From NCBI GenBank assembly GCA_035549955.1, contig DASZPS010000071.1, positions 2,840-66,839 on the forward strand: a DNA stretch of 64,000 nt, written 5' to 3'. Both the position numbers and the translations under genes were made by a program. Shown one piece after another: positions 56,352 to 64,000 of this stretch. The stretch comes from Lacunisphaera sp. (GTDB lineage Bacteria; Verrucomicrobiota; Verrucomicrobiia; Opitutales; Opitutaceae). Every line of letters begins with the position of its first letter. Position 1 is the first letter of the stretch. The notes under the pieces are model-generated. The model was not told the DNA's origin, made no database searches, and was given only the letters and a program-made list of their open reading frames with translations.

Positions 56352-58622
56352 TCACCGCGCGCCACCCGGCGTTTTACCGGACTGCTCGAAATGCCGGCGG
56401 ATCGCGACGTTGTGGGGCGCCAGCGAATGCGCCCGGGCGAAGGACTTGCGGGCGGCTTCCAGCTGGCCCGCGGTGGTGAGTCCGACTCCCAGGAGATCGT
56501 GGGCCGTCGCGCTTTCCGGACGAAGACGAATCCATTCCCGCGCGGCGGCAATCCCATCCGCGGTCCGGTTCTGCCAGAAGAGTTCGCCGATCAGGGAGGT
56601 GCGGCTCTCGTCATTCTGCGGGTCAAGTTCGACCGCCCGCCGGAACGCGCGCAGGGCCTCATCCTTGCGATTCAACTGGAGCAGCGCCCAGCCCAGCTCC
56701 AGATGCGCCCGGCCATCGTCCGGCCGTTGGGCCAGGTAGTGCTTGAAGTAGCGAACGGCAAGGTCCGGCCAGTTGAGCTTGCGCACATACGACGCGAGCT
56801 TGCGGTGCGCATCGAGGGGAACGAGATCCGCATCCACGGCCTCCGGCCATTGGTCGATCCGATAAACATTGATGGTGTTGCCGACCACCGCCACGGGCTT
56901 GAGGGCCTTGAACCCACTGTAGAACAGCCGCAAGGAGGGCTCCAGGTACACTCCGCTCAGGGTCGTGGAACTGACCGCCACCACGCCGGGGAGTTCGGCC
57001 CGGGCGTGCCCTTGGTTGAAAAGCAACATGCCGGGCAGCGGGATGCTATCGATGTCATAGTAATCCGGATCGGCGGAGCCGAAATAGGCCAGGTTGATCC
57101 GGCTGACGCCATTTTCATCCATCCATTGCTTCAACATTTTCAGGCTCTGGCCCCAGTCGAGGTTGGAATCGGTCAGGAACCGCGCTGCCCGCTGGGGGCT
57201 GCCAGCGAGCTCATTGAAAAAGGTCAGCCCATAGGGATAGACGCGGCTGTAGCTGACCAGCCAGACGCCGAGCAGCAGCGCCAGCGCCGCGAGTTGCATC
57301 CGCCAGCCGGGGCGGCGCCTCGCGATGCCCCACCCGCTGATGCCCGCGATCAGGATGACAAAGGGATAAATGGGCAGGAGGTGGCGCACCCCCAGCTGGA
57401 TGTCGCTGGCCATCGCGCCGGCCACGTAGACCGCGACCGGCAGGAGCAGCACGAGCGCGTTGAGCGGACCAAGCACGCGGCGTCGTGCGGCGAGCACCGC
57501 CAGGCCCGCGATCAGCAGGACAATGAGCGAAACCGGGGTTTTGAGCAGGAAAGCGGCGGGATAAAAATACCACCAGCCGGTGGTGCTGATGGCGCCGTCC
57601 AGATAGGCGGGCATCGGCTGGGCTTGGGAGACACTCAGGAGGAAACCTTGCGTATACGCGTTGGGCAGCAACTGGTGGCGGTCGATCCAGGCCAGCGGGG
57701 CCGACCCCCAGGTCAGCAGGGGTTCCGCGCCGGCGCGCGAATCCTTGAAGGCGAACAGCCAGCCGGGCGTCGCGCTCGGGGCGTAGCGGAAGCCATAAAC
57801 CGTCCAAATCGCGATGACGGCCGATCCTGCCAGCAGGGCGGTGATGCCGGCCGCCCGCCAAGGGGTGATGTTGCCGCCGCGGCGCGTGGTTGCCGCGAGA
57901 AGCAGGCCGCCGACCGGCACCAACAGCACGGCGTTGTACTTGCTCACGCAGGCGAGGGAGAAAAAGAGCGCAAGCCCGGCAAGGTTCCATCCGGAGTAGT
58001 TGCGCCAGGTTCGCCAGAAGAAATAGATCGTCCCGAAAAAAAAGCAGGTGATCCCGCAGTCGGTCGTCACCAGCGTGGCATGGGCACCGAGGTTCGGCTC
58101 GATGAGGTAGAACACCAGGGCCAGCACGGCGGGCAGAAATCCCAGCCACTCGAGCGCCCAGCAATAAAGCAGCACCCCGGTCAGCGCGCCCAGGAAAATG
58201 ATCATGCCGCGCGCCACGTTGAGGTTGCGGTCGGCATGCGGCCCCGCGTAAAGGAAATCATGGGCATAGCGGTAGGCTTCCGGAATCCAGGCAGGCTGGG
58301 GCAGCATGTCGATGCGCCCGCTGTCGAGACGGGTGGTTTCGAACGCCAGCAGGGGAAGCGCCGCCCACATGCGCAGCAGGGGCGGGTGTGTCGGATCCAC
58401 GCGGTAATCGCGCTGGGTCAGCGCGGCATAGCCAGCAGTCAGGTGGATGGGCTCGTCGAACGTCGCCGACCGGTGGAAACAGGCCCCGAACCGCAGGGCA
58501 AAATAAATCAACAGGAACACTACCAGCACCGCCGTCCTCGCCGCAGGGCTGCCGGTCGCACGCCCCTCCAGTCCGGCCGGTGGCGGCAGGGGAGTGTCGG
58601 GGGGCACGGCCGGGTCGGACAT
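56352..58622 (-). CDS. Glycosyltransferase family 39 (ArnT/PMT-like) with C-terminal TPR repeats
   Basis: The N-terminus is polytopic, with FDEPIHLTAGYAAL...DPTHPPLLRMW. The C-terminal ~190 aa are TPR-like (YFKHYLAQRPDDGRAHLELGWALLQLNRKDEALRAFRRAVELDP...). Confidence 0.85.
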   Translation of the reverse strand: MSDPAVPPDTPLPPPAGLEGRATGSPAARTAVLVVFLLIYFALRFGACFHRSATFDEPIHLTAGYAALTQRDYRVDPTHPPLLRMWAALPLLAFETTRLDSGRIDMLPQPAWIPEAYRYAHDFLYAGPHADRNLNVARGMIIFLGALTGVLLYCWALEWLGFLPAVLALVFYLIEPNLGAHATLVTTDCGITCFFFGTIYFFWRTWRNYSGWNLAGLALFFSLACVSKYNAVLLVPVGGLLLAATTRRGGNITPWRAAGITALLAGSAVIAIWTVYGFRYAPSATPGWLFAFKDSRAGAEPLLTWGSAPLAWIDRHQLLPNAYTQGFLLSVSQAQPMPAYLDGAISTTGWWYFYPAAFLLKTPVSLIVLLIAGLAVLAARRRVLGPLNALVLLLPVAVYVAGAMASDIQLGVRHLLPIYPFVILIAGISGWGIARRRPGWRMQLAALALLLGVWLVSYSRVYPYGLTFFNELAGSPQRAARFLTDSNLDWGQSLKMLKQWMDENGVSRINLAYFGSADPDYYDIDSIPLPGMLLFNQGHARAELPGVVAVSSTTLSGVYLEPSLRLFYSGFKALKPVAVVGNTINVYRIDQWPEAVDADLVPLDAHRKLASYVRKLNWPDLAVRYFKHYLAQRPDDGRAHLELGWALLQLNRKDEALRAFRRAVELDPQNDESRTSLIGELFWQNRTADGIAAAREWIRLRPESATAHDLLGVGLTTAGQLEAARKSFARAHSLAPHNVAIRRHFEQSGKTPGGAR

Positions 58623-58913
58623 GGATTGAGGATGGCGAATGGTCGTTTACGGAGCGTGGATTTTGGCCGCCCAATGCTGCCGGCCGTTCCCGGTCCGCCC
58701 GAGACCAGCTGAATTTACACCTTGGCTGTCAGGAAACCCGTGAGTCAAGCCCGGGCGTCCGATACCGTTCACGCGCTGCGCCCACCGCACCGGCGCATTG
58801 AGCGGGACAGCTTCCGCGCGGGCGAGTCAGGCATGACCCGCAGCGCTCGGGCGTTGGGGTCGCACGTCCTCAACTCCTCGCAGCCGCGAGTCGGACCCAA
58901 GGGAATCGCCGCG

Positions 58914-59531
58914 TCACTTAGCCCCGGCACCCAGCTCTTCCAGCAATCGTTTCCGGCGGGCGTATTCGGGGCGGAGATTGACCGCGTAGTGTCGCCAGAA
59001 GATCGCCCCGAGGGCCGCGATCAGCCCCAGGAATACGGCCACGGGCCGGAGAAAGCGCTCCCAGCCGTACACGCTGACGGGGTTGTTGACGTAGATCGAG
59101 AGCAGCGTGACGCCGCACCAGAGCACGGCGACCCGCCCGACGAGGCGATAGTCCCCCATTTCGGTTTCGACGGAGGCGAACGCCTTGGCGGCGGCGGCGG
59201 CGAGGGTGTCGGTGCGGCCCAGCGCGAGCGCGCGATGACGGCGCAGGCGGCGGATGGCGGAAGCGAGCAGGCCGGATGCGACGACAAAAAACAGGGTGAG
59301 ATGGAGCCAGTACAGGAGGGGAACGAGCGGCGGCTGGTAACGGTAGTTCACCAGCGCGAGGAGCGGCGTGACCACCAGGCCGAGCCCGAGGCAGAAGAAC
59401 TCATACACGAAGAAGCGGCCGCGCCGGCGGAATTCCGGTTCGAGGCGGCGGGACAGTTCGGCGGGGTCGGGCCGAAAGGCGCCGGCCGGATGCTGCTCGT
59501 GCCACAGGGTTTCAAGAGCTTCAATTTTCAT
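58914..59531 (-). CDS. Membrane protein downstream of the ECF sigma factor (candidate anti-sigma / partner)
   Basis: 205 aa with four predicted TM helices and no zinc-finger anti-sigma motif. Its start overlaps the sigma-factor stop by 11 nt. Confidence 0.5.
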   Translation of the reverse strand: MKIEALETLWHEQHPAGAFRPDPAELSRRLEPEFRRRGRFFVYEFFCLGLGLVVTPLLALVNYRYQPPLVPLLYWLHLTLFFVVASGLLASAIRRLRRHRALALGRTDTLAAAAAKAFASVETEMGDYRLVGRVAVLWCGVTLLSIYVNNPVSVYGWERFLRPVAVFLGLIAALGAIFWRHYAVNLRPEYARRKRLLEELGAGAK

Positions 59532-60051
59532 GACGATATTTTTCCGAGGCGTTGGTGAGATGTTGTTTGATGCGGTGGAGGCGGACGCCGACGTTGGATT
59601 CGGAGAGACCGGTAATCTCGGCGATCTCGGCATAGCCCACCCGGTCGAGTGAGAGCAGGATCAGCGAGCGATCGACCGGCGGCAGCGCGTGAATCTCGGC
59701 GTAGAGCCAGCGCAGACGGTCCTGGTCGGCCGCGGAGCCGGCCTCGAGCTCGGGCACGAAATCGTGGTAGTGATCGAGCCGAAGCCGGTACCGGCGCTGG
59801 GAGCGCCGCCAGTTGAGGGCGCAGTTCAAGGACACGCGGTAGATATAGGTGGTCAGCCGGGCGCGGGCGTCGAACTGGGGCAGGGCGTGCCAGATCGCCA
59901 GGAGGATTTCCTGGCCGAGGTCGGCACGGTCCGCGCGGTCCGGCGCGAAGGCATAGGTGGTCCGCGCAATGAGGCCGCCGTGGTCCCGGCAAATTTCGGC
60001 GAAGCGTTCATGCCGGCGCGCGTCCGCGGGGCTGGTCTCGGGATCGCTCAT
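59521..60051 (-). CDS. ECF-type RNA polymerase sigma-70 family factor
   Basis: Region 2 is GQEILLAIWHALPQFDARARLTTYIYRVSLNCALNWRR. Region 4 is LILLSLDRVGYAEIAEITGLSESNVGVRLHRIKQHL. Confidence 0.88.
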   Translation of the reverse strand: MSDPETSPADARRHERFAEICRDHGGLIARTTYAFAPDRADRADLGQEILLAIWHALPQFDARARLTTYIYRVSLNCALNWRRSQRRYRLRLDHYHDFVPELEAGSAADQDRLRWLYAEIHALPPVDRSLILLSLDRVGYAEIAEITGLSESNVGVRLHRIKQHLTNASEKYRHEN

Positions 60052-60058
60052 TGCGGGT

Positions 60059-60718
60059 TCAAGCGGCGGCCGGAGTCGCGACGCCGAGGGGCGGCGCGGC
60101 GCGGACAAACGCGCCGCGCAGCTCCCGCATGCCCGCGGCGAGCACGGCCAGGGAAGCCGCCAGCAGGACCAGGGCGGGCGGATGGAAGAGAAAGCGGGGG
60201 TCGGCCGCGGCGGCGGATCGCCCCAAGGCCAGGGGCAGCAGGAACACGGCGAAGAGGTTGACCGCGGAATGGCAGAGGATGGAGGTCAGCAGCGAACCGC
60301 TGCGGATCGACAGCCACGCGAAATGGAGGCCGCACAAACCCGCGAAGACGGCATTTTGCGGGCTGTAGCCGAGGTGCGTGACGCCGAAGAGCAGGGTCGG
60401 TGGCAGCAGCGCGGCCCAGAGCGGCAGGTAGCGTCGCAACATCTGGAGCATGATACCGCGATAGACGCATTCCTCGATCACGGGATAGATGAGCAGGGAC
60501 TTCAAGGCGATCAATCCGAGGGAAGAGCTGAGCATCAGGTGCCGCGTGGTTTCAACCTGCAAGGCGGACGCCTTGGGCAGCGGCAGGAAGTGGATCAGGT
60601 AGTTGAACGGCAGGACGAGGGCCATGCCGGTCGCAGCCGCCCAGGCGGCGGTGCGAAGGGAGATTCGCCCAAACGGAAGGTACGGATGGGCGGGACGGGA
60701 AGAGTTGATGGCATTCAC
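60059..60718 (-). CDS. CPBP family intramembrane glutamic endopeptidase (CAAX protease/Abi fold)
   Basis: The three family motifs are present: VIEECVYRG (EExxxR), FGVTHL (FxxxH) and CHSAVNLF (HxxxN). Its stop lies 8 nt upstream of the ECF sigma start. Confidence 0.85.
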   Translation of the reverse strand: MNAINSSRPAHPYLPFGRISLRTAAWAAATGMALVLPFNYLIHFLPLPKASALQVETTRHLMLSSSLGLIALKSLLIYPVIEECVYRGIMLQMLRRYLPLWAALLPPTLLFGVTHLGYSPQNAVFAGLCGLHFAWLSIRSGSLLTSILCHSAVNLFAVFLLPLALGRSAAAADPRFLFHPPALVLLAASLAVLAAGMRELRGAFVRAAPPLGVATPAAA

Positions 60719-60932
60719 AACCCATTAGAACCCGCCCGGGCCGCAAACTTACAGCCTTCGGGGGCCTTCCCAAGGTCGTGCGCCGGGCGTCGGCCTGGGA
60801 TGAGCCGGCTTGGCCAACAATTCAGCGGTGGCCGCCTTTCAGAGGGACGTCGCCGGCACAAAAGCGTGGAGCGCGTGCCCGTTCGACGAGCTCAGGTTCT
60901 TGAGCCTGCCGAAACGGCTCCTCAACGCGCTG

Positions 60933-61110
60933 ATTGAGTTTCGCCGATTGGGCTGACGGCGAAATCTTCGCCGCCTCTTCAGGCCCTATACACACCCCGC
61001 CCTCCGGGCACCCCTCTCAAGAGGGGACCATCGTTTCCGGAGGTTTGGCTCCCTTCTCGAGGGGTGGCGCGAAGCGACCGGGTGTGTAAGGCTATTGCGC
61101 GAAACTCAAT
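60933..61110. mobile_element. MITE-like 178-bp element with perfect 12-bp terminal inverted repeats, inserted into a family M module-C copy
   Basis: The TIRs are ATTGAGTTTCGC (60933-60944) and GCGAAACTCAAT (61099-61110). The flanks (60860-60932 and 61111-61165) are contiguous in the uninterrupted copy at 8835-8950 (reverse strand). The interior carries CCCCTC..GAGGGG hairpins. Confidence 0.65.
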
Positions 61111-61204
61111 AGGACGTCCGTCGCGAAAGAAGCGCCCTGGGTAGCAGATCGCTCCACCTCCGATTGCATGGTTCCATCTTGGGCTGCCGCTGCCCGCCGG
61201 GCGA

Positions 61205-62182
61205 TCACTCGTCGTCCCCGGCGCCGCTGCCGCCCGAGGCGGTGATGTCCTCCGGCTTGATCCGGTCGACGTTCATGCGCTCAACCCGGCCGCGGATCGT
61301 CCGGATGAGTTCGTCCAGTTCCGGCGGCTCCTTCATGAAGCGCAGCGGGTTGGACCGCGCGACGACGAAGGTCTTGAGGTAGGGGCTCACGAAGCCCTTC
61401 GCCTTCAGCTTGGCCACTGCCTCGGCGACCTTCGTGTCGAGCTCCAGCAGCATCGTGGCAATGCGCTCGTGTTCCGTCAGTGAATTGGTGAGGGAGTCCG
61501 TGCTGAAGGCAGTCAGGCGCCGGACGAAGGAATTGTAGATGCCGCCGCTGAACCGGGCGTTCTGCTCGTAGCACAGCCCCATGGTGATAAGCGCGGCTTC
61601 CTCGAAATAGTACGCGAACTCCTGCTCGGCCTTCGCGGCAGAATCCTCGAGCAGGTTGCGGAAGATGCGGATGACCTCGAGGGACTTGTCCTTCAGGTTG
61701 TGCGCTTTCTCGGTGTTCAGCGCGAGGATCTGCCACGCCACCTCGCGTTTCGGCACGACGAGGGCGGTGATGGATTTTGCGCCGAGGCGCTTCATCGCCG
61801 CGAGGCGGTGGCCGCCGTTGGGCGTCCAGAAACCGCCGTTCGGCGCGGTGATGGCGACGATGGGATCGAGGAACATCCCGGTGCGGTCAATCACGTCCGC
61901 CAGCTTTTTGTGGTGCATGTCGGAGACGTCGCGCTGGAAGGGCGTCGGCTCGATCGCGGCGACCGGCAATACCGCCAGCAGGAGCGGGTGCTTGCCGATG
62001 GGCTCGGCGTACTGGCCGACGACCACGCCGCCGGCCTTTTCAATGGCGGCCATGGTTTCGGTCGCGATGCCCGTCAACTCCGGCAGGAGAGCTTCGGCGG
62101 CCTCGGCGCCGCGACTGCCGGCCTTGGCTTTGCGGGGACGTTTCTTGGCGGGGAGACGCTTGAGGGCGGGCTTGGCAGGCAT
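61205..62182 (-). CDS. ParB/sulfiredoxin-like N-terminal domain protein (orphan; no ParA partner in the window)
   Basis: 325 aa. The ParB-like nuclease-domain pattern is IEPTPFQRDVSDMHHKKLADVI...DPIVA...NGGHRLAAMKRLG. It has a Lys/Arg-rich N-terminal tail and an uncharacterised helical C-terminal half. Confidence 0.65.
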   Translation of the reverse strand: MPAKPALKRLPAKKRPRKAKAGSRGAEAAEALLPELTGIATETMAAIEKAGGVVVGQYAEPIGKHPLLLAVLPVAAIEPTPFQRDVSDMHHKKLADVIDRTGMFLDPIVAITAPNGGFWTPNGGHRLAAMKRLGAKSITALVVPKREVAWQILALNTEKAHNLKDKSLEVIRIFRNLLEDSAAKAEQEFAYYFEEAALITMGLCYEQNARFSGGIYNSFVRRLTAFSTDSLTNSLTEHERIATMLLELDTKVAEAVAKLKAKGFVSPYLKTFVVARSNPLRFMKEPPELDELIRTIRGRVERMNVDRIKPEDITASGGSGAGDDE

Positions 62183-62341
62183 GGGCGGAGGAGAGCTGAA
62201 AGCTGAAAAGGGTGGGCGCAACCGGTACTCTGTCAGGTCTTGGGTTTCAAGTTTCGGGTTTCGGTGCGCGGACGGGCCCCCGGAATTTCTACTGGCGGCG
62301 GCGGGGATCGTGGTCATTGGTCTGACGCATCCCTTCGCCCC

Positions 62342-63487
62342 ATGTTGTCCCGCCTGCTTCCGGTCCTGGTTGCCTCGTTCACCCTGGCGCATTTCGCGAC
62401 CGCCCGCGAATTCACGGCGCTGCTTGGCACCTACACCGGCGATGGGCCCGCGGACAGCCATGGCATCTATGCCGTCCGGCTCGACGCCGAAGCCGGCACG
62501 CTGTCCGCGCCCGTGCTCGTGGCCGAGTTGTCGAATCCCGAGTTCCTCGCGTTGCACCCCGATGCCCGCAAGGTCTACGCGCTCACCCGGGTGGTGGGCG
62601 CCGACGGCAAGACCACCGGCGGGGTCGCGGGGTTCAGCCTCGATCCGGCCGGGCCGAAACTCACGCCGCTCAACACGGAGTCCACCGGTCGCGGACAGCT
62701 TTGCCACCTCGCGGTTGACGCGACGGGACGTGAGGTGATGGTGGCGGCGTATGGTGACCCTTATGTCGCGTCGTTTCCCCTGGCGGCCGACGGACACGTG
62801 GGGAAGGTCGCCAGCGTGATGAACCACACCGGTCCGCTCGGGCCGAAGACTGACCGCCAGAACACCCCGCACGCCCACTCGATCACCCTGTCGCCCGACA
62901 ACCGGTTCGCCTTCGCAGCTGATCTCGGCCTGGACCGCGTGCTGACCTATCGCCTGAACCAAGCGGAAGGCACGCTGTCGCCGCATGACCCGGCCTTCAC
63001 GACGCTGCCGCCCGGCTCCGGTCCGCGGCACACGAAGTTTTCGCCGGACGGAAAGCACTTCTACATTCTCAGCGAACTGGCCGGCACGGTGACCGCCTGC
63101 CGCTATGCCCCCGCCAGCGGCGCCTTGGTGCCATTCCAGACGATTTCAACGCTCCCCGAGGGTTACATCGGCGCGAGTTCGGCGTCCGAAATTCGCATCC
63201 ATCCCAGCGGCCGGTTCGTTTACGCGGGGAATCGCATGCACAACAGCATCGCGGTCTTCAGCCGCAATCCCGACACCGGTGCGCTTTCGCTGATCGAGAA
63301 CATGCCCACGGGTGGCGACCAGCCGCGCAATTTCAACCTGTCGCCCGACGGGGCGTGGCTCCTGTGCGCGCACCAGGCGACCGGCAACGTCGTCCTTTTC
63401 AAGGTGGACGCGCAGAGCGGGCGCCTGGCTCCCACGGGCCGGTCGGTCAACGTCCCGCGGGCGGTCTGCGTGTTGTTCCTGCCGTGA
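62342..63487 (+). CDS. Lactonase family 7-bladed beta-propeller protein (6-phosphogluconolactonase YbhE-like), secreted
   Basis: It has a signal peptide. Repeated propeller blocks are present (GIYAVRLDAEAGTL, LALHPDARKVYA, GRGQLCHLAVDATG, PHAHSITLSPDNRFAF, GSGPRHTKFSPDGKHFY, IRIHPSGRFVYAGNR, PRNFNLSPDGAWLL). Confidence 0.85.
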   Translation: MLSRLLPVLVASFTLAHFATAREFTALLGTYTGDGPADSHGIYAVRLDAEAGTLSAPVLVAELSNPEFLALHPDARKVYALTRVVGADGKTTGGVAGFSLDPAGPKLTPLNTESTGRGQLCHLAVDATGREVMVAAYGDPYVASFPLAADGHVGKVASVMNHTGPLGPKTDRQNTPHAHSITLSPDNRFAFAADLGLDRVLTYRLNQAEGTLSPHDPAFTTLPPGSGPRHTKFSPDGKHFYILSELAGTVTACRYAPASGALVPFQTISTLPEGYIGASSASEIRIHPSGRFVYAGNRMHNSIAVFSRNPDTGALSLIENMPTGGDQPRNFNLSPDGAWLLCAHQATGNVVLFKVDAQSGRLAPTGRSVNVPRAVCVLFLP

Positions 63488-63510
63488 AAGAAGGATCGAC
63501 GCCGGTTCGA

Positions 63511-64000
63511 GTGGAGGGCCCGCGTCCCCGCGGGCCGGCATCGAAATCATCGTTCCAAATCAAGCGGCTCGCAGGGACGCGAGCCCTCCAGCTGGGATTG
63601 GCCGTCGCGGCTGCCTCCCCTGTTTTCGCGGCCGAGCTGCCCAAGGTGGCCTCGGCGTTGGAAGTGGTCGCCATCGCCACGGGCGCGCGCACCGTGATTC
63701 ATCGGGGCGAGGGTGCGTTGGAGGCGCCGCATTTCTCGCCCGACGGCACGGCAATCTATTTCAATGCGGGCGGGCACATCTGGCGACGTCGCGTCGACGG
63801 CGCGTTGCCAGCCGAAGTCGTCGACACCGGACCGGCCACCCGCTGCATCAATGACCACGGGATTTCGCCGGAGGGCACCCAGTTGGTCATCAGCGACCTC
63901 AGCGAAACGGGCAAGTCGCTCATGTACCTCCTGCCGCTCGCCGGAGGCACGCCGCGACGGGTGGACGCCCCGGCGCCGGCGCTCTGGCATGGCTGGTCAC
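63511..64000 (+). CDS. TolB-like/PD40 beta-propeller protein, 5' part (continues past the window end)
   Basis: This open frame is absent from the ORF track because it has no stop in the window. It has a signal-like segment (LQLGLAVAAASPVFAAE), then HFSPDGTAIYFNAGGHIWRRRVDG...NDHGISPEGTQLVISD. The GTG start at 63511 is tentative. Confidence 0.55.
   Translation, partial: MEGPRPRGPASKSSFQIKRLAGTRALQLGLAVAAASPVFAAELPKVASALEVVAIATGARTVIHRGEGALEAPHFSPDGTAIYFNAGGHIWRRRVDGALPAEVVDTGPATRCINDHGISPEGTQLVISDLSETGKSLMYLLPLAGGTPRRVDAPAPALWHGWS

Noticed and set aside
55998-58712. 904-aa plus-strand ORF antisense to the GT39-TPR gene; similar cases at 7351-9204, 10426-11877, 18845-20536, 22325-24340, 29937-31676, 32446-34938, 34756-36981, 41858-43087, 52945-54963
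   Set aside because: All of these oppose genes with strong family motifs. All show the Arg/Gly/Pro/Ala/His-rich composition expected of non-coding frames in GC-rich DNA.
63495-63515. GGTTCGAGT resembling a tRNA T-arm
   Set aside because: No acceptor stem, anticodon arm or D-arm can be built around it. It lies at the 5' end of the TolB-like ORF.
1-64000. Prophage, integrative element, restriction-modification, toxin-antitoxin, retron or other known defence-system hallmarks
   Set aside because: I found no integrase, transposase, recombinase, terminase, methyltransferase, reverse transcriptase, or STAND/AAA+ plus nuclease pairing in any frame. The only mobile-like signals are non-autonomous repeats.

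Overview
This is a high-GC (roughly two-thirds G+C by eye) chromosomal window. About 56 protein genes are supported. I found no rRNA, tRNA or CRISPR array, and no integrase, transposase or phage gene. All family calls come from motifs read in the ORF translations; no database search was possible. PEP-CTERM sorting, a fused ccoNO, Tat-signal Gfo/Idh/MocA enzymes and dense REP-like repeats suggest a Verrucomicrobia/Opitutales-like organism, but that is inference only.

Gene content, left to right:
- 0.5-8.8 kb: a nitrite/NO island. It holds nirK fused to cytochrome c, nirV, SCO1, a small Cys-pair protein, DUF2249, a cupin, a nitronate monooxygenase, a Dnr-type Crp/Fnr regulator, the RIC/YtfE di-iron protein and a USP.
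- 9.3-16.4 kb: a regulatory cluster with a PocR-AraC regulator, a PAS kinase, a CheY-like receiver, a REC-HisKA_3 kinase, two NarL-type regulators, a Cys-poor DksA/TraR-like protein and an HPF-like protein.
- 16.5-18.5 kb: a second PocR-AraC regulator flanked by two more Cys-pair paralogs.
- 18.8-27.6 kb: a cbb3 oxidase cluster (ccoS, ccoNO, Q-like, ccoP, ccoG, a TauE-like protein, a Cu P-type ATPase).
- 27.7-64 kb: housekeeping and accessory genes. These are an M24 peptidase, a YdiJ-like FAD/Fe-S oxidase, GH97, a saccharopine-DH-like enzyme plus ALDH7, a 921-aa EF-hand/TM/coiled-coil protein, a fused spermidine-synthase membrane protein, an acid phosphatase, a PEP-CTERM protein, a hybrid kinase, a P450, GT39-TPR, a CPBP/ECF-sigma/membrane-protein operon, a ParB-like protein, a lactonase and a TolB-like protein.

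The most interesting signals are not classical genes:
1. A three-member family of small proteins with two conserved cysteine pairs. It is interleaved with two PocR-AraC regulators and sits exactly at the nirK and cbb3 operons. I consider it a candidate undescribed redox/NO/Cu regulatory module.
2. A 21-bp AT-rich palindrome present three times, always in the same codon phase, inside three copper-handling genes (nirV, SCO1, Cu-ATPase).
3. A perfect-period 128-bp triplication of the Cu-ATPase 5' end. It creates two ATGA-coupled 43-codon uORFs.
4. REP-like hairpin-pair elements inserted in frame inside ccoG and the ydiJ-like gene.
5. A modular family of intergenic repeats, including near-identical inverted copies that bracket a 5.4-kb regulator cassette, and a TIR-bounded MITE-like insert.
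6. Two interrupted genes: an in-frame TAG in the PEP-CTERM protein and a frameshift in the P450.

No recognisable defence, toxin-antitoxin or secretion system is visible.
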